Source: Octopus vulgaris
Taxonomy: Eukaryota
Length of the DNA stretch: 64,000 bases
Assembly (NCBI GenBank): GCA_951406725.2
Contig: OX597814.1
Location: forward strand, 103,974,001-104,038,000
Reading direction: 5' to 3'
Below the pieces are notes generated by a model, which did not search any database, was not told the origin of the DNA, and saw nothing but the letters and a program-made list of their open reading frames with translations. Both the position numbers and the translations under genes were made by a program. Of the stretch, positions 13,617 to 25,256 are shown one piece after another (the first letter of the stretch is position 1; the number at the start of each line of letters is the position of its first letter).

Positions 13617-13795
13617 TAGGATAAGGAAAGAATGAGAGATGGGAAAGAATAAGAGAGAGAGATGGAGGAAGGTCCTACTTGGAACAATGGTGGGGTAGTA
13701 TAAGGTAGCAAAGAGGAGATAGAAGGGATGTTCCATATTATGAATTAATAATTTTTTTTCAGTTGATTAATTTATAATGAATTAATTTCTTGTAG

Positions 13796-14038
13796 CTCTT
13801 GGTCTGAATCTGAAAATCTGTATTGAACCCTCCTTATTCGAATGGCTGGGCTGGTACCAGTTAGGGTTACCAATTTGGTTTACTCCCGATGAACTGATTG
13901 ACCATGGTTATGCTGTGGATCGAAACTATATTTCCTATATGGTACCCACTCAATTATACCTCGATGAAACGGTGGAGCACTTCTATTCCAGATGTGCAGA
14001 TTTCACACGTTATATCCTTAAAAAACATGAACATGAAG
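13796..14038 (+). CDS. UBASH3: UBASH3/Sts-like phosphatase exon (EPxLFEW motif)
   Basis: ttcttgtag| and aag|gtaac sites, 243 bp, phase 1-1. Encodes ALGLNLKICIEPSLFEWLGWYQLGLPIWFTPDELIDHGYAVDRNYISYMVPTQLYLDETVEHFYSRCADFTRYILKKHEHE. Confidence 0.92.
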
Positions 14039-15385
14039 GTAACCATTTTGTGTTTTATTTTGATTCCATTCTTACTTTTTCTACAAGTCGTCCTGTAAGA
14101 AAGTCACATGAAAACATCCTGAATTGATTCTTATTTGGCATTTTACAAAGGTACAGCTTACCTGTAACCATCATCATCACCATCCTCATCACCTTCACTA
14201 ACTTTTCCTCTTCAGTGACCAGCAGTACAGTTTCACCTGGTGTTATCATCAGCCAGTTTCTCATGTTATTCTCTTGTGGTTTATTGACCTTAACACATCA
14301 CCATGGAAACAACCTTGTAGTCAAGGGCCTCATTTATATTGAAAGCCTGTTTTAGTGAGGACTTAGTTTCTATCAACAGCACAAAAACTTTGTCACAAAA
14401 CACATGAAGGAAACAGTCCTCACCTTTTCTCACCTTCTTCAACCATAGACACAACTAAAATCTTCTGTGTCTCTACAAATGCTAACCTCAAAATCTTTGA
14501 TGACCCCACAGGAGTACGTGATAAAGACTGAGGATTACTTTTCCGACATCTGTATAAGGAAACTGTTTAGATATTCCCTCTGCTTCCCCTCTTATATCAC
14601 TCTCTTCCATCTTCAATCAAACTTTAGATTGTGTCTATGATTTTCAAGTGTAGTTGTCTTCAATATTTTCTTGAAGACATTTTATAATCAAGATTATCAA
14701 ACACATCACTGACTCGACATTTCTGTTTCAATATCGTTGTCTTTATATTGTCTTAGTTTTTCACTTCTTTCATTATAACTTGTTGTATTGTTTTATATTG
14801 AGTTCTGTCCTCTTCTGCCTCTACTCCCACTCTTCACTATACTTCTACTATCTTACATACAACCAATTCATTAGATGCAGTCACTAATAGCCTTCTAAAT
14901 GAATTTTCAAAATTTGTTGGCTACCTGGATTTGTCCTGTGATATTCCACAGTTTTTATTTCATTTGACAAAGTAATTATGGCAATATGTTCTACAAGAAC
15001 AGCTTTAAGTCTCGTTTGAATCTCTTTTGCCTCTCTCCATGTGAAATATTGCCTAATTAGACACCACCCGAAATAATGAAAGAGAGAAAGGGAAGGTTGT
15101 AGTCGTTTATATTGACCCTAATACATGACAGGTATTATTGACTGTGGAAGGACAACAGACAAGGTTGATCTCCTTGAGAATCAAACTGACAATATAAAAC
15201 TGCTCGAGACTATTTGTGTGGGTCTCCACCAATTCTGTCAGTCTCACCAATCTCAATGCTACTAAAGTAAAAAAAATCCTATTTTATTCACATCAATCAA
15301 AACCATTCGTCAATCAAAGTTTGATTAATACCATTTCATTATTTTCATTATTTATCTTCTGAAATCTCTTTCTTTTCTCTTTCAG

Positions 15386-15627
15386 ATGTCTGTAATATCT
15401 TAATAGTTGGTCATGCTGGTAGTTTAGATGTGTGTACACGCCAGTTACTAGGAAAAGCTCCACGTTCTGTGGGAGGATTTCATGAAATTCTTCCGTACGT
15501 TCCATGTTGTTCAATGTGTTGCTGTGTTGAAGATCCTCTCACCAAAAAATGGAGAATGAAGGAACCACCAGTTCCTCCTATCACACATGTAGCCAACAAA
15601 AAATATAACTGGAAAACACTAATATAA
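15386..15627 (+). CDS. UBASH3: UBASH3/Sts-like phosphatase last coding exon (NILIVGHA motif, stop)
   Basis: Strong acceptor tttctctttcag|. Encodes DVCNILIVGHAGSLDVCTRQLLGKAPRS...KKWRMKEPPVPPITHVANKKYNWKTLI*, stop TAA at 15625-15627. Frame is consistent with the previous four exons. Confidence 0.92.
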
Positions 15628-15628
15628 A

Positions 15629-15634
15629 AATAAA
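15629..15634 (+). terminator. candidate polyadenylation signal AATAAA just after the stop codon
   Basis: AATAAA 1 nt after TAA, T-rich tract ~40 nt downstream. Usage unproven. Confidence 0.3.
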
Positions 15635-16989
15635 GTAAGTTCCATATCCTGTAGCACAATGCAAAACATGTTTCCTTTTTTTTTTTTTCCGTAAGAAAAC
15701 CAAAATGGGTTGATGTTACAGGAATGTGGGTGGGGTGTAATTTTAAAACCAAGTCAATATTTCTATGTTTCGGCTGCTTCGTTTCATGATTTTGGTTTTT
15801 GATAATCATGGAAGTTTCCAAGATGAAAATCCCCTAAACAAACATTTGGTTCCCCTGCTCTGTAAACCTTATAAAACGCAATCTATTTTTTAGAAGATTG
15901 TCAACACATAAAACTCTGTTTCCTTTGAATTTTATTTTTATTTCTAGATATTTTTTTTTTGTCTTCAAAATTTTAAAATTCTCTTACTCTCTAATTAAAC
16001 TGATAACACTTACCATGTAATTAAATTGATTAAACAAATTTGTATGGCCCTCCCCCCATCTTCTAAAATACTCTACAAGTAGGTTCTATATTTAAAATAT
16101 GATGCCCGACTTTTCCATTGCAGTTCACAAATGGTTTTGTTCTTTGTTGATGAATTAAGAATTCCGTAATTATTAATATTTTTCAAAAAAAATTCCTCAA
16201 AAGTTCTGCATTAAATACCTGTAAATAACAGAATGGTGAGAAAGGTTTGGGGCTGAGGTAGCAGCAGATGTGCTTCTTAAACTCTTTACAAAGATACTAA
16301 CAAAAATGGATTATTATTATTATTATTATTATAGTCAATATTTTTATAACATTCTTCTTCACAGTTTATATTTCTTTAATTTTCTCCCTTCGCCTCCTTT
16401 TTTCTCCCCTTCATTTATTTGCTCCCTGATAAATCTTTCACTGCTTCATCTTTGTATATATATAAATATTTTTTTTTCCTTTCATTAATATTATTTTATA
16501 TTCTCTCTTCTCTCTATCCTCCTCCCCTCCCTTGTTAGCAGTGATTTAACACCAATAATTTTAAAGAACACTGCTAAACTGTATTCCTGTCGTCATCATC
16601 ATCATCATCATTATTATTATCATTATTATTATTATTATTATTATTAACATCGTCATCATCTTAGTAGGCAGCTTTACGTCCAGTGTCATGTCAATATTGA
16701 CGTCTGTCTGTAAGTTCTGAAGGTTGGATAGGAACAGGTTTGTAACCCTTATATGGATACCTTAGACATTTCATTTCTCTGTTAGATCTACAAACATGGC
16801 TGAAGGTAACTCCTCCCTCAATGCGATACACATATTGTGTATCCAGTTGTAAACTCTCAACTGAAATATAACTCTCTTAACATAGTTTAGAAATTCCTGT
16901 CAAACATTTCTTTCAGAAAGAATGTTCCATCATTCCGTTGCTTCTCCTCTGCCAAATTCTAAGATATTACTTACAATGGAAGAATCTAA

Positions 16990-17073
16990 ATAATAATAAT
17001 AATGAAATAATAATAATAATGAAATAATAATAATAATGAAATTATTGTATACAGTGCTCAGGTGCACCACAAC
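16990..17073 (-). mobile_element. extreme 3' tail of the CR1 family
   Basis: Reverse complement gttgtggtgcacctgagcactgtatacaataatttcattatt matches the CR1 3' ends at ~5425-5470 and 45930-45975. Confidence 0.8.
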
Positions 17074-17112
17074 AAAAAGAAAACAGTTAAGGATTTAATT
17101 AACAATTTATAC

Positions 17113-17184
17113 AGGTTCTGGTGAGGATCGAACTCACAACCTCTGCATGTAAAGCAAATGTGATAATCACTACATCATAGAACC
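17113..17184 (-). pseudogene. tRNA-Val(TAC), probably a pseudogene
   Basis: GGTTCTA TG ATG TAGTGATTAT CAC A TTTGC TTTACAT GCAGA GGTT GTGAG TTCGATC CTCAC CAGAACC T. Perfect T arm and TAC anticodon, but A-C mismatches in the acceptor and D stems and D-loop GG changed to GA. Confidence 0.8.
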
Positions 17185-18718
17185 TTGCAACTGATTTAGT
17201 GTCATAAATGTTTTCGGTTGTATTGACGCTACTCAAAGATTCTTTTGGGTCTTTATGAAGTAAATTTTGAGAGGGCAGTTTTGTTGAGGCCATTCCACCT
17301 GAACTCTGCAATATTAATTAAAACAATGGTTAATTAAACATTACGTACTGCAGTTTATAGCAGCGAGCTGTAATTAAATGTTGCTAATTAATCTGTTTCT
17401 TGTAATAAACTGTAAAAGTGGAATATATTATTAGAGCCAGGTGATCCGAGCTGCTCCAGAAGGAAGTCTGTTGGTCATTCGCAAAACAATGTGATTGATG
17501 AGAAACTAAAGTGATCAGAAACTCTTTTGTTGGCCAGCTGGAGCAATCAGGTCAGTAAAGTTTCAAATTTAATTATTTGAACTTTACATGATTCTTAAAT
17601 TATTTTTCTAGGTTAGAACAACAATACTCTGTTCTGTTAAATAAATATTGGCAACGAGGCATTTTAACAGATACTACTTATTAAACCGTTGAGATCCTGA
17701 GTGGTTGATGCCAGGATACACAGTCCATACCTCTTAATGAAAGATGATACAAATGAAAATGGTAGAGATTGAACACCAACACAATCACCTATAAGTTCGT
17801 TAACCAAACAAGACAAAGTCATTAGCTATTATCTAGATATCCAGTGTTTTGTCATTTCGGTCCTCATACTTGCTTATTTCTATCTCTGTGGTCATTAAAT
17901 ATCTATCTGGTAACAGCCTGTCTCAGATTAGGAGTTTTGCTTAAAAACCTTGCTTCATTTCAATATATAACTAGACTACACTGAATGCTAAAACATATAT
18001 GTGTTTAACTGATGTCTGTGTATCTGTGTAAATACACACACACACACTTTACACCATGATAGGAACATGTCAGTTCATGTTACTGTTAAGTTTCAAAATC
18101 ACTTAACACAATTCACTGCTTATCATGCTACATGGTTGGTTATATACATGTTTCACTCACCGAAGCAGATGAGCCAACCACATGTGGTAAGTATTCAACT
18201 GCTCTTTAACATGTGACCCAGTACAACCTGTCACATGGTTGGGTCGTTGGCGACTAAACTGGCAACCCTACCAAGCTTTCTTGGTGAGGAGGGTGATTGT
18301 TGGACACCCTGCGGGACGAAAAATAAGACCCGTCAAAGGGTGGAGGAACTACTGTGTAGACAATGGCCAATTCAACAAGTACCTTATCGCAGTGAAGTGC
18401 CTGTGTGCTCCATTGACCCAGAGAGTTATGCTGGAGGGAGAGAAATCTTCAGGCAGGTCTTACCATTCCAGGTGGGTTGAAGGGTAGGAGATAGACAAAA
18501 CCTTAACCATTAGAGGAGTAAACTTCAGTGACAAAGCGTTGGCAGTAGGGTGTGGATTTAGTTATTAGCAGGGGACCCAACAGGTCAGATTCCTGGCTTT
18601 GAACTAACAGGATGTCATGCAGAGGATCTTGAATACAAGACAATGGATGAGACCTTAATATTCCTAGTTAGATGGAAACTACGGGACCACATAGAGCAGC
18701 ACCCATGACTCCTATAGT

Positions 18719-19036
18719 CAGTGGCGAACTGGATCTAAAAATATTGGTTACCAGGAGACTAAGAGGGTCCATCCAAAACTACAAGGGGCCCCACCCACAA
18801 CTACAATGCTATTGTTTAAATTTTTTTTTGTTTTGTTAAAAGTATTCTTTTCAACTGTCTACATACACAGCCAGGCTGAAATAATTAATGCATTCTTCCA
18901 GGAGTGAATAAAAAATTCTGAAACTTGAGGGGATAGGCCCCCTTAGATACTAACATGGGCCCCCATATATGGATTCTAATGATGCAGGGGCCCACTTGCC
19001 ATTGGGCAATCTGGCAACCTGGCCAGTCCACCACTA
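18719..19036. mobile_element. hAT-type MITE
   Basis: Imperfect TIRs cagtggcgaactgg / ccagtccaccacta and an exact 8-bp TSD cctatagt (18711-18718, 19037-19044). Confidence 0.85.
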
Positions 19037-20128
19037 CCTATAGTATGCACAACTGAAACCCCAAGGGTGTCCTGTGGGACGATCTAGATAGACAGATAGA
19101 AAAATAGATAGATCGATTGACTACTTTCAGTGGCTTTGATTCATTTTAAAAACTAATAGTAACACAGATTGATAATTTACTATACAAGCAAGCCGAAACT
19201 TCAAAGCCACTGTCAAACCTTTCTTTGTAAAAAGTTGACATATATACATGAATGATCTATGAATATAATAAATATAGATCCAAAAATATGTATATATGAT
19301 TGTATCTACGTATGCCTCTATATGAGTGAATATATATCTGTATATATATGTGTGTATATATCTAAGTACATATGTATATAAATATATGTAGATGTATATA
19401 CCTATGTATGTATGTAGAGAAAGGGAAAGAGAGAGAGAAGATACTCCTCTGGTTTTTCCTGTAAATAAGTTTGTTCTTTTTCCTTATTTTCTAAGAAAAA
19501 TCAGTCATAGCAACCAGTGGGTGATGTCATTGGACAGTTATGATGTCATACACATTATGTAGTCCTGTAAGATCTGTCTCAGTAAGATCTATCATAGTGA
19601 ACACTCTATGACAGTGTCTGCTTGTCGTAATTGTTTCCTTTTGTGTCTTGCTCGCTCATTATTCACAATTTACTCTGACCAAATTCTAAAAGCACTCAAA
19701 CCACATCGTCTACCCCCTTTCCTCCCCCCCATTAAACCCATTCTCTCTACTCCCTCCACACCATTAAACACTGTCTCAACATACATTTTTATCATTTATC
19801 AGTATTTTTGTTTGACTTATTCAATTTTATTGGGTTTTTTTTTTTACTTCAAAATACCAAACTGGTTTTCATTTTTTTTTCTGTTAAAAATATTTCCTTG
19901 TTAAAATCTATCTCTGTTAAAACATGAATAAAATCCATCTTTTCTCACTTTTAAAACGACTTAAAATCTACTTTTTTATTTTCTTATTTGTTTTATTTTG
20001 TATTTTGTTTCAAGTCACTCCTCATTTTCTTTATTTATTTCATTATTCATTTGGTATAATTTGTGTTGTTTTTTTTTTAAATAATACATTAAAATTTTTA
20101 AAATATTACTTAAGCTACTTTTATTTGT

Positions 20129-20161
<33 letters not shown>

Positions 20162-20577
20162 CATATTTACATCTGTTTTTCCATGCTAGCATGGGTCAGA
20201 TGAATATATTAGTGAAGTATTACTTTCCAGCTGGACGCTCTTCCCGTCACTAACTCTTGCCTGTTTTTCATGTAAGAGATCTCCTATTTCACACAGCTTT
20301 GAAGACACAAAGCCAGCAGAAGATCTGCTGACAAGTGAAACGACAGCAACCTCAGCAACTGTGGGTCCGAGATTTCCAGAAGTGCAAACGTAAACACACA
20401 CACACGAAACAGGCTTCTTTCAGATTGTGTCTCCTAAATCCACTATTAGATATTTCTACTTGTAGACATTATCAGATTCAGAACGCAGTGTGTGTGTGTG
20501 CATGAAATCATTGTTTCACATCTACTTTCCATGCTGGCATGGGTTAGGAGGGTCATGACAACTGAAGTCCCTCCTGT

Positions 20578-20945
20578 TTTACATTTGACGGATATTTGTC
20601 CTCATCTTGTTTGTTGTTAACACAGCATTTTGATTGATATACCCTCCAGCCTTTATCAGGTGTCTTGGGGAAATTTCGAACCTGGGTTCTCATTCCTAAG
20701 GTATTTTTCGATGTTATTATTATTATTCAGGTCACTGCCTGGAATCGATCTTGGAATCTTAGGGTTAGTAGCCTGTACTACTACTACTAATAATAATGAT
20801 AATAATAATAACATTGAAAAATACCTTAGGAATGAGAACCCAGGCTCTAAGTTTCCCCAAGACACCTGAAGAAGGCTGGAGGGTATATCAGCCGAAACAT
20901 GTTAACAACAATCAAGATAAGGACAAATATTCGTCAAATGTAAAT
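20578..20945. mobile_element. inverted pair of a short repeat with a minimal type I hammerhead core and a tRNA-like segment in the loop
   Basis: ~145-bp inverted arms. The right arm has CTGAAGA-a-ggctg[loop]cagcc-GAAAC at 20866-20898. Confidence 0.75.
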
Positions 20946-21454
20946 AATAAACATACATACATATGTATATCATGTGGTCAACCAGCCTATTAGATGTTGT
21001 TATACATTGCTGGTCACAATGTATAAGCAGATGATGATGATTAGAAATGCTATCACTTCCTTTTCTGGAGTTTAGAAAATAAGTTTTAACAGCAAACCTA
21101 GTCCTGTTGTATCATTTAACTTTATGAGAATTTCAAATTAATCAATAATATTCCGAATTAAACTAATCCAATGAAATGGCAGAGCCATTAGCAGAATAAG
21201 CAAAATCTTTTGCAGCTTTTCATGTCTTTACATTCTGAGTTCAAATTCCACTGAGGTTGTCTTTGGCTTTCGTCCTTTCTGGGTCAACAAAATAAGTACC
21301 AGTTGAGCACTGGGGTTGACTTACAACCCCAACTCTTCCTCGAAACTGCTGGCCTTGTGCCAAAATTTGAAACCAGTGTAGTAAACGGAGACTAAGATTG
21401 ATAAATTTTCTGGGAGTTCCATATTTTTTACGGGCAAAATATTTGACTCAATAA

Positions 21455-21815
21455 ATATAGGTGAGGCTGCATGGTAAGAAGTTTGCTTGTTGACCACAAG
21501 GTTCCGGGTTCAGTCCCACGCTGTGGCAACTTGGGCAAGTGTCTTCTATTATAGCCTCAGGCCAAACCAAAGCCTTGTGAGTGGATTTGGTCGATGGAAA
21601 CAGAAAGAAGCCTGTTGTGTGTATATGTGTGTGTTTGTTTGTCCCCCTACACACACACTGCTTGACAAGAGGTGTTGGTTGGTTTACATCCCTGTTGTTC
21701 AGCAAAAGAACTAATAGAATAACGACCAGGATTATGAAAATAACTCCTGTGATCTGTTTGACTCAATTCCCTTCAAGGTGGTGCTCCAGCATGGCTGCTG
21801 CAGTCTCATGATTAA
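21455..21815 (+). mobile_element. tRNA-derived SINE, family C
   Basis: Homologous to 3060-3430 and 22075-22490. Confidence 0.8.
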
Positions 21816-22074
21816 AAGAGGAATCCTTTATTTTCTTTCATGTTTTGCATCCAACAATTTGTCTCAGTTACCAATATTGGTTTGCTTAATTCTTCTGTAT
21901 TCTAAACAATGGCCTGTTGCAGAGCTTCAATTCTTGCCACCAATTTCCTCCAAATATACAAAAACACTTTGAACGAAATATTTCAACCATTTTTTCAGGC
22001 GGTTCAGTGGTTGATGCTCATTAGCAGGTAATGGTCTCTTTGTATTTTATTTAATAAATATATTTCTTCTTTTA

Positions 22075-22490
22075 TCATTTGTTTTAGTCTTGACACTGTG
22101 GCCATGCTGGGGCACTGCCTTGAAGAAAATTTAGTCAAAGGAAACAACCCCAGTACTTATTTTTCTTTAAAAAAAAAGAAGGCTGGTACTTATCAGTCTC
22201 TTTTGCCAAACCACTAAGTTACAGTGACATAAATACACCAACACTGGTTGTCAGACAGGAGGGGAGGGGACACACACAGAGATATGCACTTGTGTGTGTG
22301 TATACACATACATATATATACACAACAGGCTTCTTTCAGTTTCCATCTACCAAATCTATTCACAAGACTTTGGTCAATCCAAGACCATAATACAAGATGC
22401 TTGCCCAAGGTGCCACACAAAGGGACTGAACCCAGAACCATGTGGTTAGGAAGCAAGCTTCTTACCACACAGCCACACCTGCGCCTATGT
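22075..22490 (-). mobile_element. tRNA-derived SINE, family C (inverted relative to the 21455 copy)
   Basis: Reverse complement begins ggcgcaggtgtggctgtgtggtaagaagcttgcttcc. Confidence 0.8.
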
Positions 22491-23209
22491 TTGTTTAACA
22501 TTTCATAAGTATTTAACTAAACTACAATTTCTTATCATCCTCAGCAGTTTCAACCTAAAGATTCGTGTAGTCTGCAAATGGCAGACATTAAAATATTCGC
22601 ACCATCCATTCGCATCTTTTTATCCTTAAAGTTAAGATCCTGTTGGAAGTTTTATGTTGCTTTTCACTAATTCAAATTCCATTAAAAAATATCGTCTAAC
22701 CATCCAACCCATGCCAGCATGGAATGTGGACGTTAAACGATGATGATGTACCAGTTATGTACTGAATTCCATCCAGTCAGCCACACCCAGCCTTGTGTAG
22801 TTTTGTACCATTGTAAGGAATTCTTGCTGAGGCACTGTCCTTGAAAGTCTGCAGACTGATTTGGTTTAAAGGCTTCAGTACAACAATGGATGTTGCAGTG
22901 TGGAGATGGAATTCCTCAGACATTTTGCAAAGGGAAAATATGCTGACATCTTTTATAGAAACAGAAATATCAAAATATTAAACTCAGATGTTTTTGGAAG
23001 AAGAAGAAGACTTGAAATTTTCTTTAAGAAACCAGATTTTCTTCTTTCATTATTCCATTTGCCATTGTTTAATGGTAGATTAACAAAATCGTTAAAGCAT
23101 CAGACGAAATGTATTGCAATATTTGATAAGTGTTGCCCAACCACATGGTTCTTGGTTCAGTCCCATGAGTGGATTTGGTAGGCAGAAACTGAAAGAAGCC
23201 TGTCGTGTG

Positions 23210-23246
<37 letters not shown>

Positions 23247-24072
23247 CACAAAGTAAGTTAGGGGTTATGGGTGTAACCCACTAAGGGATAGTATTTATCC
23301 AATATACTGTTGGTAAGGTACCCAGATTCTTAATACATAAATGTTTTTAACTGCAATGCAATTAACTCATTCATTGTATTAAACGGGTGAAGGTAAAGAA
23401 ATATTTTTACCGTTAATTTATAATGCAAATAAGAAAATGGAGAAACAATTTAGTTGGTTCATCAGCTTTCAGATATTAGAATGTTGAATTATTTATTCAT
23501 TTAACAAAAATGAGAATCTTAATAGCATACATATATACATTATAATTCAATACATATAAGATAAAAATACAATTATAAAAATCATAAAATAAATTATTGA
23601 AATCATTAAAATCACTCCTTACAGCTGTTTCAGCCTATGGATAAAAATAGGGTTTTTTTTGCCTATAGTTGTCAATTATATTGAGGTTGTAGGCATTTAA
23701 ATATAGGGTACTTATATATATAACCCCTCCTTCCCACATTATGCTTGACTGCCAGTGTATTGTTGTGTTTACATTTCCCCTAACTTGGTTCATAAAAACA
23801 GACTGATAGAATTACTACCAAGCTGGGGCATGGAATTCTTTGCAAAATATCCTGTGCCCCAGCATGGCCACAGTCTCATGACTGAAACAAATCAAAGATA
23901 GAAGACAAAGATGACTCTTTACATTTTCTGAGTTCAAATCCTGCTGAGATTAACTCTCTTTCATCTCTGGTGTTAGTAAAATAAGTACCAGTCATGTACT
24001 GGGGTTCAGTGCAATCAATCAACTCCCTTCTCTCAAATTTTGGGCCCTGTTCTTATATTGGAAATAATACTT

Positions 24073-24275
24073 GCAGATCTTGTGGTGTCTTGGGAGGGTC
24101 ATTACACCAATAATAATAATAACACATGCATTGGTACAATATGACTTCTTTATTGTTAGTTAATCGTTTAAATATCTAACCAACCAATTGACTAACAATA
24201 AAGAAGTGATATTGAACCAGTGTGTGTGTTATTATTACTGGCATAATGACCCTCCCAAGGCATAACAAAATTTGC
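24073..24275. repeat. ~90-bp-arm inverted repeat (MITE-like fold-back)
   Basis: cttgggagggtcatta...cttctttattgttag pairs with ctaacaataaagaag...taatgaccctcccaag. Confidence 0.75.
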
Positions 24276-25181
24276 TTCAACACACGAATTCTCATCAAAA
24301 ACGAAATGCTTGCAGAGTTTCTCTCAAAGACTGATTTATTATTTCATAAAAGACAGCACCATCAGGAAGTTTGATTTCATCTTTCTAGATTCTCCTATTC
24401 GTTGTGACTGATTTTGTCCTTTATGTCTCCCTGAATCATTGAAATACATACCAGTAATACATTGGGAGCCATTCATCTGGAAACTAGTGTGTGTATAAAA
24501 CAGATATCAAGGCTTACAGAGTTATAAAAGATTGCAGCATTGGATTTCAAAAGTTCTAACCAAGTGGTAACATTTCTGACAAGTTGGCAGAATCATTAGA
24601 AGAACACCAGACAAAATGCTTTGCAGTGTTTTGTCCATCTCTGTGTTCTGAGTTCAAATGCTTCCAAGGTTGACTTAGTCTTTCATCCTTTGGGAATTAA
24701 TAAGTACCAGTTGAATACTAGGGTTGATATAATCAACTTAACAGCTTCCCTGTAATTGCTAGCTTTGCGCCAAGATTGGAAGCTAATATTTCCTGTGAGT
24801 CTGTTTACTCTTTTTGGATACAAATTACTGAGAACTGGCTTCTCTTTCTTTCTTCTTATTGGAGAGAGACAAACAAAATCTATTTTTACCTGGAATAAAC
24901 TTTATCAAACAAGTTTTCTGAGAAACTCTTGTGTTTGGAGGTGTTGACTTGTTGCAATGGCTCTGAGGATGATTTCGATAGGAATCATTTGAAAGAAGGT
25001 TCTGGTATTTTAGTTTCAAAGATTTTTCAATGGAAATTCCATAAGAATTTCTCTGCACTTTTAAATTTTTGTTTCAAAATTAAAAAATAACAGCAAAATT
25101 ATTGACATTTTCAAATGTAGCAACATGTCAATTCGTTCTTAGTTTCTTTGTGTTCACATTGTTTTGGAAAGTTCAAAAGCT

Positions 25182-25184
<3 letters not shown>

Positions 25185-25256
<72 letters not shown>
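25185..25256. repeat. (TC)n-(CA)n microsatellite
   Basis: Directly visible. Confidence 0.95.

Noticed and set aside
14280-14700. Possible second Penelope endonuclease remnant in the last intron, and a LINE-like remnant at 25700-26260
   Set aside because: Too decayed to translate into convincing motifs by eye.
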